Origin: an uncultured Chloroflexia bacterium
GTDB lineage: Bacteria > Chloroflexota > Limnocylindria > Limnocylindrales > CSP1-4
Direction: 5' to 3'
Assembly (NCBI GenBank): GCA_963712745.1
Contig: CAVQJC010000002.1
Coordinates: 96,001-160,000, forward strand
DNA length: 64,000 nucleotides
Shown piece by piece: positions 37,864 through 47,085 of this stretch. The translations under genes and the position numbers were made by a program. The notes under the pieces are model-generated. The model was not told the origin of the DNA. It saw only the letters and a program-made list of their open reading frames with translations, and did no database searches. Each line of letters begins with the position of its first letter. Position 1 is the stretch's first letter.

Positions 37864-38619
37864 ATGCACGCGTTCCGCAAGGTCGTCATCGCCGCATCGG
37901 TGACCGCGCTCGTACTCGCCGGTCTCGCGGCCCCGGTCAGCGCCGGCCCGGGCAAGGCCACCATCGGCATCGTCAACGGCATCCCCAACCAGAAGGTCGA
38001 CATCTGCGTCAACGGCAAGGAGCTGCGCAGCGCGGCCAAGTACGGCCAGGCCGTGGCCAAGGTCGTGCAGGCCGGGTCCACCAAGGTCCAGATCCGCAAG
38101 GCCAGCCCGGGCGTCTGCCAGGGCGCCAGGATCGCCCAGAAGCGGCTCAGCCTGGCGGTCGCGGCGGACGTGACGCTCGTCATCACCAAGAGGGCCCCCA
38201 AGTGGGCCAAGTTCATGAACATCAAGGTGAGCGGGAGCCCGGTCTACTGGCTCGGCGGTATCTGGCCCAAGGGACCGGCCGAGACAACCTATTACCACAT
38301 GGCCTGGCGCCATGCCGCCGACCTGGGTACGGTCGAGGGCCGCTACGGCTTCGCTGCCATCATCCCGATCGGACCGGTGGCGGTAGTCCCTTGGACCAAG
38401 GGCGACCAGGTCCCCCTTGCCTGGGCGGAGCCGCCTGCGCCGGGCTTGCTGATGAGCCTGGGCTTCGGTCGGATCGGAAAGGTCAACGACCTGGCGCGGT
38501 CGAAGTGGTTCGCTCCCAAGGCAGGCTATCGCTACGAGCTCTATCTGCTGGGCACGACCATCGGGAACGTCAAGGTCGTCATCTGGAGGCGACCCATCAC
38601 GCAGTACGTGAGCCCGTAG
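37864..38619 (+). CDS. Secreted DUF4397-like protein, paralog 2
   Basis: Tandem paralog sharing MAWRHAADLGTV and RYEL/FYLLGT. Confidence 0.8.
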   Translation: MHAFRKVVIAASVTALVLAGLAAPVSAGPGKATIGIVNGIPNQKVDICVNGKELRSAAKYGQAVAKVVQAGSTKVQIRKASPGVCQGARIAQKRLSLAVAADVTLVITKRAPKWAKFMNIKVSGSPVYWLGGIWPKGPAETTYYHMAWRHAADLGTVEGRYGFAAIIPIGPVAVVPWTKGDQVPLAWAEPPAPGLLMSLGFGRIGKVNDLARSKWFAPKAGYRYELYLLGTTIGNVKVVIWRRPITQYVSP

Positions 38620-38680
38620 ACGCCTGACCACCGCCACCACGGCAGGGGCCGGTCCACCGAAGGCCGGCCCTTCACACTGG

Positions 38681-39307
38681 TCAGCGTCCGCCGCGCCCTC
38701 GCGACGCAAGGGAGCGCTCGATACGGTCGAGGCCCTCGCGCAGCCGAACCAGCGTCTCGTCATCGACCGTGTCCTCGTTGGTGTAGGGCCCAAGCTGCTC
38801 GAGGATGTCGGCGATGAGCCCGTAGAAGACATGGGCGTCGGCCAGGAAGAACTGCGGTTCGTTGTTGTAGCGAACGAGCGTCAGCCGGCCCTGCAGCACG
38901 CGCCGTTCGTCGACGTTGGCGATCTGGGTCGAGAAGTCGTGGCCCTGGATGCCGTCGGGGTTGTTGAGGAAGTTGAGCGCGTTGTCGATGGCCAGGCCGA
39001 AGCGCGCCCGCCAGGCACGCAGTCGTTCCAGCGCCTCGGCCGCGATGGGCACCTCCGCCACCTGGTCGAAGACCTCCGGGCTGACGGTCAGCAGGCCGAC
39101 CAGCGTGGTGCCCGGCCGAGCACCCAGCATCACCTGCAGCGAGCGCTCCAGGGTGAAGACCTCCGAGTCGAAGCGGGGGCTGGTGATGACGTCGGTGAGC
39201 AGGTCTTCGACGTTGTCGAGCGCACCGGCTTCGGCCAATGCCTCCGCCAGCTGCAGCACCTCCTCCTTGAAGAGGAACTGCTCCTCGTGATCGAGCCGGT
39301 CGACCAT
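38681..39307 (-). CDS. Hypothetical protein co-transcribed with gdhA
   Basis: ATG after AAGGGAG, 16 nt downstream of the gdhA stop; typical codon bias. Confidence 0.8.
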   Translation of the reverse strand: MVDRLDHEEQFLFKEEVLQLAEALAEAGALDNVEDLLTDVITSPRFDSEVFTLERSLQVMLGARPGTTLVGLLTVSPEVFDQVAEVPIAAEALERLRAWRARFGLAIDNALNFLNNPDGIQGHDFSTQIANVDERRVLQGRLTLVRYNNEPQFFLADAHVFYGLIADILEQLGPYTNEDTVDDETLVRLREGLDRIERSLASRGRGGR

Positions 39308-39323
39308 GGCCTGTCTCCCTTGC

Positions 39324-40607
39324 CTACGGATAGAGGCCGCGCAACGCGGTCGCGGTGGCCACGCGGTCGACCGCCAGCAGGTAGGCGGCGGTGCGCATGT
39401 CGCACTCCTCGCGCTCGGCCATGGCCACCACCTCGCCGAAGGAGCGCACCATGATGGCGGTCAGCTTGCTGTTGACGACCTCCTCCGACCATTGGTCGCG
39501 GTTGAGGTCCTGGACCCACTCGAAGTAGGAGACCGTCACACCGCCGGCATTGCAGAGGATGTCGGGGATGAGGAAGACGCCCTTGCGGTAGAGGACCTCG
39601 TCGGCGTCGGGGGTGGTGGGCCCGTTGGCGGCCTCCGCCACGATCCGCGCGTTGATGCGCTCGGCATTGTCGGCGGTGATCTGGTTCTCGAGGGCGGCCG
39701 GGATCAGCACGTCGAGCTCGAGCTCGAGCAAGGCCGGGTTGCTGATGTTCTCCGAGCCGGGGAAGCCGACGACGGTGCCATGCTCCGCCTTCCAGGCCTT
39801 GACCGCCTTGATGTCGAGTCCCTCGGCCCGGTGGATGCCGCCCTGACTATCCGAGACGGCCACGACGTTGGCGCCCATCGAATCGAGCAACGTCGCCGCC
39901 ACCGAACCGGCGTTGCCGAAGCCCTGGATGGCGATACTGGCGCCGATGATATCGAGGCCCACGTGGCGGGCGGCCTCGGAGATGGTGACGACACAGCCAC
40001 GGCCGGTGGCCTCGGCGCGCCCCTCAGACCCGCCGAGAGCGATGGGTTTGCCGGTGACGACCCCGGGCACGGTGTAGCCCACGTGCATGGAGTAGGTGTC
40101 CATGATCCAGGCCATGATCTGGGGGTTGGTGTTGACGTCCGGCGCGGGGATGTCGCTCTGGGGGCCGATGATGACGCTGATGTTGGTGGCGTACCGACGC
40201 GTCAGGCCCTCCAGCTCGCGCTGGCTGAGCTGCTTGGGGTCGACCGCCACGCCGCCCTTGCCACCCCCGTAGGGGATGCCCACCACGGCACACTTCCAGG
40301 TCATCCACATGGCCAGCGCACGGACCTCGTTGAGGGTCACGTCCTGGTGGTAGCGCAGGCCGCCCTTGGACGGTCCGCGGCCCAGGTTGTGCTGCACGCG
40401 GTAGCCACTGAAGACCTGGACGCTGCCGTCGTCCATGCGCACCGGGACCGAGACGATGAGCTCGCGCTCGGCCTCGCGCAGGACGGCCCGCAGCCGCGGA
40501 TCGAGGTCCAGCCGGTCAGCCGCGATATCGAACTGGCGCTGGGCCACGGCCCAGGCATCGAGCACAGGCATGACCTCAGGAGCGGTCATCGGGACTTCCA
40601 CCTCCAT
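39324..40607 (-). CDS. gdhA: Glu/Leu/Phe/Val dehydrogenase (glutamate dehydrogenase)
   Basis: GPSKGGLRYH, GGGKGG, DIPAPDVNT, QGFGNAG, NAGGVTVSYFEW. Confidence 0.95.
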   Translation of the reverse strand: MEVEVPMTAPEVMPVLDAWAVAQRQFDIAADRLDLDPRLRAVLREAERELIVSVPVRMDDGSVQVFSGYRVQHNLGRGPSKGGLRYHQDVTLNEVRALAMWMTWKCAVVGIPYGGGKGGVAVDPKQLSQRELEGLTRRYATNISVIIGPQSDIPAPDVNTNPQIMAWIMDTYSMHVGYTVPGVVTGKPIALGGSEGRAEATGRGCVVTISEAARHVGLDIIGASIAIQGFGNAGSVAATLLDSMGANVVAVSDSQGGIHRAEGLDIKAVKAWKAEHGTVVGFPGSENISNPALLELELDVLIPAALENQITADNAERINARIVAEAANGPTTPDADEVLYRKGVFLIPDILCNAGGVTVSYFEWVQDLNRDQWSEEVVNSKLTAIMVRSFGEVVAMAEREECDMRTAAYLLAVDRVATATALRGLYP

Positions 40608-40711
40608 GCACGAGCGCCGGACCCCTGTGAGGCCGGGGCGGGCTGGCTCGCTTTCGAGCAGGGCTAGCGTACATCCGGGATTCGCGTGGCCGAAGGGCCA
40701 TTCGGCCGAGT

Positions 40712-41557
40712 TCAGGCAGTAAGGATGCGCGTGATGCCCTTCATCCCAGGCCCGACATGGGCACCGGCGACCGGGCCGGTGAGGCTGATATCGACGAGGT
40801 CGGGTGAGACACCGCAGGCCTCAGCCACCCGATCGCGGAACGCTTCGATATCGGGCACGCCCGTGTGCAGGACGCCCACCTGCTCCACTTCATGCTCGGC
40901 CGCCAGCTCGAGCATCCGGGCCTCCGCCTTGGCCGAGGTCCGCTTCTTGTCGAGCGTGGCCACGGCGCCGTCTTCGACCCACAGGATGGGCTTGATCGAG
41001 AGGACCGTGCCCAGCAGGGCCGAAGCGCGGCCGATACGTCCGCCCTTCTGCAGGTACTCGAGCGTCTCGGGTGCGAACATCAGCCGCGAGCGGCCGACGA
41101 GATCCTGTACCAGGTCGGCCACGTCGGAGAGGCCCGCACCGGTCGCGGCCAGCTCGGCCGCATGCTCGACGATGAGGCCCTGGCCCTGGGCCGCGGTACG
41201 CGAGTCGATGACCTCGACCAGCCCCGGCTCGAAGGCCTCGGCGCCCTTGACGGCAGCGGAGTACGTAGCCGACAGCTCCGCGCTGATGGTGACGCAGACG
41301 ACGCCGTCGGCGCCCTGGTCGAAGGCATCCCGGTAGGCCGCTTCGAACTGCCCGGGGTTGGGCGCAGCCGTGCGCGGGAAGGGCGCGCCCGGCGCGGTCA
41401 GCTTTTCGTAGAACTCCTGGTTGGTGAGCTCGGTCACGGCGTCGTAGGACTGATCGCCGAAGCTGACCTTCAGGGGCACCAGACGAACGCCGGCGGCCTG
41501 GGCTTGCTCGGGCGTGAGGTCCGACGAGGTGCAGGAGACGATCGCGATGTTGGCCAT
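40712..41557 (-). CDS. DegV family fatty-acid-binding protein
   Basis: ISAELSATY, IDSR, LEYLQKGGRIG, GAHVGPG. Confidence 0.95.
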   Translation of the reverse strand: MANIAIVSCTSSDLTPEQAQAAGVRLVPLKVSFGDQSYDAVTELTNQEFYEKLTAPGAPFPRTAAPNPGQFEAAYRDAFDQGADGVVCVTISAELSATYSAAVKGAEAFEPGLVEVIDSRTAAQGQGLIVEHAAELAATGAGLSDVADLVQDLVGRSRLMFAPETLEYLQKGGRIGRASALLGTVLSIKPILWVEDGAVATLDKKRTSAKAEARMLELAAEHEVEQVGVLHTGVPDIEAFRDRVAEACGVSPDLVDISLTGPVAGAHVGPGMKGITRILTA

Positions 41558-41645
41558 GGCCCATCGTAGTCCGAAGGCGCAAGCGCGCTGGGCGAGTTCA
41601 CGCACGCCGTCGTCTTCGGCGGCGAGGGCGGGTACGATGCGCGCG

Positions 41646-42392
41646 ATGACCGAACAAGCACCACGCCGCTGCCTTGTCACCGGTGGCTCGTCGGGGATCG
41701 GCTTCGCGACCGCTGCCCGGCTGGCTGCCGACGGCTGGGCCGTGACTTCCCTCTCCCGCCGGTCGATCGCGCCCGAAGGCGTGGAGTCGGTGGCCGGTGA
41801 CGCCGCCGAGGTGGCCGACCTGGAACGCGCCCTTGCTGCCGCTGCGCCGGAGGGCCGGCTCGATGGGCTCGTCTGCTCCGCGGGCCTGCCACCGAGCGGA
41901 CCCTGGGACGATCCCGAGCACTGGGCGGACGTGCTGCGCGTCGACCTCACCGCGTCCTGGCAGGCCGCGCGCCTGGCCTGGCCCGCTCTCCGCTCGGCGG
42001 GTGGCTCGGTCGTGCTGCTGGGCAGCATCGTGGGCAGCGGCGAGGGCTCGCTGCGTTCGCCCGCCTATGCTGCGGCCAAGGCCGGCATCGAGGGCCTTGG
42101 CCGCTCGCTCTCACTCATCGGCGCCAAGGAGGGCATCCGTGTCAACGTGCTCGCCCCCGGGGCCTTCGACACGCCGTTCGACGAGAAGCTCTTCCCGCCT
42201 GCGGAGCGCCCTGACGTGCCCCTCGGGCGCATGGGCGCCCCGGAGGAGGCAGCCGGCATCATCGCCTTCCTGCTCTCGGACGAGGCCTCCTATGTGAGCG
42301 GCTCGGTGTGGCGAGTGGATGGCGGCCGGACGGCGCTCTCGCCGGCCTCGTCGGCTGGTCTGGCCGCGCCAGACGAGCACACCGAGTTCTAG
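41646..42392 (+). CDS. Short-chain dehydrogenase/reductase
   Basis: TGGSSGIG, YAAAK, IRVNVLAPG, VDGG. Confidence 0.93.
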   Translation: MTEQAPRRCLVTGGSSGIGFATAARLAADGWAVTSLSRRSIAPEGVESVAGDAAEVADLERALAAAAPEGRLDGLVCSAGLPPSGPWDDPEHWADVLRVDLTASWQAARLAWPALRSAGGSVVLLGSIVGSGEGSLRSPAYAAAKAGIEGLGRSLSLIGAKEGIRVNVLAPGAFDTPFDEKLFPPAERPDVPLGRMGAPEEAAGIIAFLLSDEASYVSGSVWRVDGGRTALSPASSAGLAAPDEHTEF

Positions 42393-42393
42393 A

Positions 42394-42990
42394 TTGAGGC
42401 TTCGTCGCGTCACGCCACAGGAGGCCGGCTGGGCGGAGACACGGATCGGCCCCTGGACACGCCACGGTCGCCACATCGGCTACCGCAACCCCTGGCTGGA
42501 GGTATGGCACGACGAGGTCACGCGGCCAGACGGAGCACCCGGCATCTACGGGGTCGTGCACTTCGCCAACACCGCGGTCGGCGTCGTGGCCATCGACGGC
42601 GAGGATCGCGTCGCGCTCGTGGGACAGCACCGCTACGCCTTCGACACCTACCACTGGGAGATCCCCGAGGGGGGCTCGCCGCTGGCGGAGGACTCGCTCG
42701 AGGGTGCCAGGCGCGAGCTGCTCGAGGAGACCGGACTGACCGCAAGCAGCTGGCGGGTGATCGGACGCTGGGAGCTCTCCAACTCGGTCACCGACGAGGC
42801 CGCCGTGGCCTACCTGGCCACCGACCTGGAACACGGCGAGGCCCAGCCCGATGGGTCGGAAGAGCTGGACCTGAAGTGGTTGCCCTTCGACGAGGTCATG
42901 CGGCTCATACGCGAGGGCGAGATCACCGACGCCCTGACGGTCCTGCCCATGCAGGCGCTGGCCCTGGAACGAAGCCGCCAGGGGGACTGA
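42394..42990 (+). CDS. NUDIX hydrolase (ADP-ribose pyrophosphatase-like)
   Basis: WEIPEGG...ARRELLEETG Nudix box; start approximate. Confidence 0.92.
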   Translation: MRLRRVTPQEAGWAETRIGPWTRHGRHIGYRNPWLEVWHDEVTRPDGAPGIYGVVHFANTAVGVVAIDGEDRVALVGQHRYAFDTYHWEIPEGGSPLAEDSLEGARRELLEETGLTASSWRVIGRWELSNSVTDEAAVAYLATDLEHGEAQPDGSEELDLKWLPFDEVMRLIREGEITDALTVLPMQALALERSRQGD

Positions 42991-43090
42991 CCGCTGCCCG
43001 GAGGCTCGACACCCGATCCGGTGGTCGCTACGATCGAGCCACGGTCGCCCGACTCGACCGACCTGGCGGCCGGATGCTGGAGGGAAGCAG

Positions 43091-43997
43091 ATGCATAGCT
43101 CGGATCGCCGGGTCGCCTTCACGGGTGCCCTGGCACTGTCACTGGCGCTCGTTTCGCCGGTCATCGCGCAGGATGGCTCGGAGCCGGTGCCCTATCTCGA
43201 TGACCAGGGGAACCAGCTGGGAACCCTGCTCATCCGCGATTTCGCGGACCCCTTCACCGAGTTCGATCCCGCGTCGCCACCGGCAGAGGGTTCCCGCTAC
43301 GCCGTCCTCACCCTGACCTTCGAGGCCGCTGAGGACCAGGCCTTCCCGGCCGACCCGTACCAGGTGCAACTGCTCGACACGGACGGCTACGTCCACCTCT
43401 CGGGATGGGTCCCACGGCCGGCCGGTTCGGTCGTGCCTGATCTCCAGAGCCAGACACTCGCGCCGTTCGACCGCATCAGCGGTGTCATCCCCTACGTCCT
43501 GCCGGCGGAGGCGGAGATCGCCAGCGTCGTCTACCGCGGCGACGGCCGGCGCCTCATGCCCATCGTCGAGGTCGGAGACCGGGGCAGCGTCGCTGTCGGG
43601 GAGCCTCGCCTCATCGAGGACGCAGCCGGTACCGTCTACGGCGACGTCACGGTACGGGAGATCGATCGATCCGTTCACGGAGTTCGATCCCAACGGACCG
43701 CCCGCTGAGGGTATGCGCTACGTCCTCCTCGACACGGCCTTCACGGCGGCCGAGGACCAGGCCGTCGGGGCCAGCCCGGCCAATGTCGGGCTGGTCGGTG
43801 CCGACGGCATGATGTACTGGCCGAGCTGGGTCCCACGGCCGCAGCCGTTCCTGCTGCAGTACGTCGAGTCGCAGCCGCTGTCGCCGGGGGATCGCGTGTC
43901 AGGCGTCATCGGCTACGCCATCCCCCAGGACGTCGTCATCGACTCGGTCGTCTACAACCCTGAGGGCAACCGCTACCTCTCGCTCGTCGACCTCTAG
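43091..43997 (+). CDS. Secreted protein with two tandem homologous (DUF4352-like) domains; frameshift near 43665
   Basis: DPFTEFDP..PPAEG.RY...AAEDQA...WVPRP...SQ.L.P.DR.SGVI occurs twice, across two frames. Confidence 0.78.
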
Positions 43998-44000
43998 GCC

Positions 44001-44040
44001 GGCGTCCGGGTGCTCGATGGCATCCGGGTGCTCGATGGCA
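44001..44040. repeat. 18-bp tandem repeat x2
   Basis: GGC(G/A)TCCGGGTGCTCGAT. Confidence 0.7.
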
Positions 44041-44139
44041 GACAGCCCGCGGCCGTCGGCGGTCTCGGGCTGCTACCGCCCGGGCCATCGGGCTCGCGTC
44101 GAGACCGGATGCTGACGTGCGCGGCTGCTGACGTTCGCA

Positions 44140-44169
44140 TTGACACCGGGGCGCGCGGTCCGCTACTGT
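44140..44169 (+). promoter_or_regulatory. Sigma70-type promoter of the aro-trp operon
   Basis: TTGACA-N18-TACTGT. Confidence 0.7.
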
Positions 44170-44179
44170 CCGAGGCCTC

Positions 44180-44206
44180 ATGCACCAGTACTGGTACTTT
44201 AGCTAG
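44180..44206 (+). CDS. Aromatic-amino-acid leader peptide MHQYWYFS
   Basis: ATG CAC CAG TAC TGG TAC TTT AGC TAG between the promoter and a terminator. Confidence 0.8.
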   Translation: MHQYWYFS

Positions 44207-44259
44207 CGGGTACGAGGCGGCCGGGTAGATCCCGGCGGCAGAGGCACTCGTGCCCGCTG

Positions 44260-44293
44260 ACGCAGGACCCCGACGGGCCTGCGTTTTTTGTTT
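44260..44293 (+). terminator. Attenuator terminator
   Basis: ACGCAGG-ACCCCGACGGG-CCTGCGT followed by TTTTTGTTT, upstream of aroF. Confidence 0.85.
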
Positions 44294-44374
44294 GCCTCGC
44301 ACGACTCCGAGCACGAGCCAGACCACAGCTGCCGGCCAGGCAGGACACGAACCGAGGACGAGGGTGGTACCGAG

Positions 44375-45745
44375 ATGATCATCGTGATGCGCACCGAGGC
44401 GACGCAGGAGGAGATCGACGACGTCAAGCAGGTCGTCGCCGACGAGGGCCTTGAGACCTACGTGATGGTGGGCCAGGAACGCATCGTCATGGGCGTCGTG
44501 GGTGTGGGCGTGGAGCGGGTCCAACATGTCGAGCTGATGCCCGGCGTCGAGCAGTGCATCCGTGTCAGCAAACCCTACAAGCTGGCCTCCAGCGAACACC
44601 ACCCCGACAGATCGAGTGTTCGCGTGGGATCCGTGGAGATCGGTGCGGGCGCACCGCTGGCCGTCATGGCCGGGCCGTGCGCCGTGGAATCGCGCGAACA
44701 GTTGCTGGCCACTGCCCGCTGGGTGAAGCGCGAGGGGGCCACCTTGCTGCGCGGAGGTGCCTTCAAGCCGCGCTCCTCGCCGTACGCATTCCAGGGCCTC
44801 GGCGTGGAGGGCCTGCGGCTCCTCGCTGAGGCACGCGAGGAGACGGGGCTGCCGGTCGTCAGCGAGATCACCGACCCCGCCGACGTGCCCGTCTTCGAAG
44901 ACTACGTCGACATGCTCCAGGTCGGCGCCCGCAACATGGCCAACTTCGTCCTGCTCAAGGCCGTGGGCCAGTCACGCAAGCCGGTGCTCCTGAAACGCGG
45001 CCTCTCAGCCACCATCGACGAACTGCTGATGGCGGCCGAGTATGTCCTCTCCTCGGGCAATCCCAACGTCATCCTCTGCGAACGCGGTATCCGCACGTTC
45101 GAGACGGCCACCCGCAATACGCTGGACCTCTCGGCCGTGCCGGTCATCCAGGAGCGGACGCACCTGCCCGTCGTCGTCGACCCCTCGCATGGCACGGGGC
45201 ACCGCACTCTCGTCCGGCCGCTGGCCGTGGCCGGTGCCGCGGTTGGCGCCGATGGGATCATCATCGAGGTCCACCCTGACCCGCCCACGGCCCGCTCAGA
45301 CTCCGAGCAGTCGCTCTCCTTCCCCGAGTTCGGCGACCTCATGGACGACCTGCGCCGGCACGAGTTCTTGCGCCAGCCGACGGCCGCGCACGCCCACGTC
45401 CGCATCGAGCCGCCCACCGAGCGGAAGCACCTCCGTGCCCGCATCGACGATGTCGATGCGCGCCTCGTGGCGCTGCTCAAGGAGCGAGCAGAGCTCTCGG
45501 TGGCGGTCCAGCAGACGCGCGAGGCGGGCGACCACGGCCATGACGTGGGCCGCGAGCGTGAGCTCATCGAGAAGGCAGCGCACGGGTCGGAGGGTGTGCT
45601 CACGCCGGAGGAGCTCGAGATGGTCTACGGCGCCATCCTGCGCGTTTCGCGCTCCGCTCAGCGGCGAAGCGCTGCCGCTGCAGCAGCGGCCGATGGCGGA
45701 GCCGATCCGGACGGCGCGCTGGCCATTCCCAACGGCGGCAAGTGA
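44375..45745 (+). CDS. aroF: DAHP synthase (type I-beta) with N-terminal ferredoxin-like regulatory domain and C-terminal chorismate mutase
   Basis: MIIVM N-domain; [34 protein letters not shown]; C-terminal [22 protein letters not shown]. Confidence 0.93.
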   Translation: MIIVMRTEATQEEIDDVKQVVADEGLETYVMVGQERIVMGVVGVGVERVQHVELMPGVEQCIRVSKPYKLASSEHHPDRSSVRVGSVEIGAGAPLAVMAGPCAVESREQLLATARWVKREGATLLRGGAFKPRSSPYAFQGLGVEGLRLLAEAREETGLPVVSEITDPADVPVFEDYVDMLQVGARNMANFVLLKAVGQSRKPVLLKRGLSATIDELLMAAEYVLSSGNPNVILCERGIRTFETATRNTLDLSAVPVIQERTHLPVVVDPSHGTGHRTLVRPLAVAGAAVGADGIIIEVHPDPPTARSDSEQSLSFPEFGDLMDDLRRHEFLRQPTAAHAHVRIEPPTERKHLRARIDDVDARLVALLKERAELSVAVQQTREAGDHGHDVGRERELIEKAAHGSEGVLTPEELEMVYGAILRVSRSAQRRSAAAAAAADGGADPDGALAIPNGGK

Positions 45746-47085
45746 TGGACGTGGCGGCCGGCCGGCCCGGAGAAGGGACGGTCGTGGCGGCCCCGTCGCT
45801 GGTCGGCGGGCTGCGCCTGCCGGCGGACAAGTCGGTCGCCCACCGCGCGCTGCTCTTCAACGCCATGGGCTTCGGCGAGGCCACGGTGACGATGTCTCGT
45901 CCGGGCGGGGACGTGCTCTCGATGGCCGACGCCCTGCGCACGCTGGGCGCAGTCACGTCCCTCGATACGACCGAGGACGGAAGCGTGGCCGTGCTGGTGC
46001 GCGGCGGCGGCACGCAGAAGGCTGCCGTCCTGCCGGGTAGCGGCGGGGAGATGCTCGATTGTGGCAACGCCGGTACGGCCATGAGGCTGCTCGCGGGAGC
46101 TCTTGCTGGACGTCCTGCCGCGGCCACGCTCGTCGGCGACGAGTCGCTCTCGAGCCGGCCCATGGAGCGCGTGGCCGTGCCCTTGCGGCGTGTCGGCGCG
46201 GGGGTCGTGACCGAGGACGGGCACGCACCGCTCCGGATCGAGGGCAGGCGGCCCCTGGCCGCGGTGGCGCATGAGCTGAGGGTCGCCAGCGCGCAGGTCA
46301 TCGGCTGTCTCACGCTGGCCGCCCTGGCCGCCGACGGCACCACCATCATCACCGCCCCTGGACCGACTCGCGATCACAGCGAACGGATGCTCGCCTGGCT
46401 CGAGGCGCCGGTCCGCCGTGAGGGCTACGTCACCACCATCGATGGCCCGGCCGGCTTCCCCGCCCGTTCGATCGACGTGCCCGGCGACATCTCCGCGGCC
46501 GCCGCCTGGCTGGTCGCGGGTGCCATCCATCCTGATGCCCACATCGTCATCGAGGAAGTCGGGCTCAATCCTTCGCGGACCGGCATCATCGATGTACTCC
46601 GCGAGATGGGCGCGGACATCAAGGTCGCCTCGGGCGGGCCTACCGCACGCTGTCCCGAGCCCGTCGGCACCATCACCGTCAGCGGAGGCCGGATGCTGCG
46701 CGGCATCGACCTCGCCGGCGACCGCGTCGCCGACGTCATCGACGAGCTGCCGCTCATCGCCGTGGCCATGGCGGCCGCCGACGGCGTGAGCACGTTGCGC
46801 GATGCCGCCGAGTTGCGCGTGAAGGAATCCGACCGCATCGCCTTGACAGTGGAGAACCTGCGATCCATCGGCGCCGGGGCCGAAGAGCGGCCAGACGGCT
46901 GGGTCGTCTCCCGCGGAGCCCCCCGCGACGCGTCGATCCGGACCGATGGCGACCACCGCATCGCCATGTCGTTCGCGATCGCCGGCCTGGCCGGCGTTTC
47001 GGGTACCGTTGCCATCGACGATCCCGCCTGTGCGGCCGTCTCCTATCCCACCTTCTGGACAGACATGGAGCGTCTGACCCCATGA
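45745..47085 (+). CDS. aroA: EPSP synthase
   Basis: DKSVAHR, DCGNAGT, RDHSERML, ELRVKESDRI, DHRIAM. Confidence 0.96.
   Translation: MDVAAGRPGEGTVVAAPSLVGGLRLPADKSVAHRALLFNAMGFGEATVTMSRPGGDVLSMADALRTLGAVTSLDTTEDGSVAVLVRGGGTQKAAVLPGSGGEMLDCGNAGTAMRLLAGALAGRPAAATLVGDESLSSRPMERVAVPLRRVGAGVVTEDGHAPLRIEGRRPLAAVAHELRVASAQVIGCLTLAALAADGTTIITAPGPTRDHSERMLAWLEAPVRREGYVTTIDGPAGFPARSIDVPGDISAAAAWLVAGAIHPDAHIVIEEVGLNPSRTGIIDVLREMGADIKVASGGPTARCPEPVGTITVSGGRMLRGIDLAGDRVADVIDELPLIAVAMAAADGVSTLRDAAELRVKESDRIALTVENLRSIGAGAEERPDGWVVSRGAPRDASIRTDGDHRIAMSFAIAGLAGVSGTVAIDDPACAAVSYPTFWTDMERLTP

Noticed and set aside
44180-44293. T-box riboswitch upstream of aroF
   Set aside because: The leader is too short, has no T-box consensus in the terminator arm, and the uORF explains it better.
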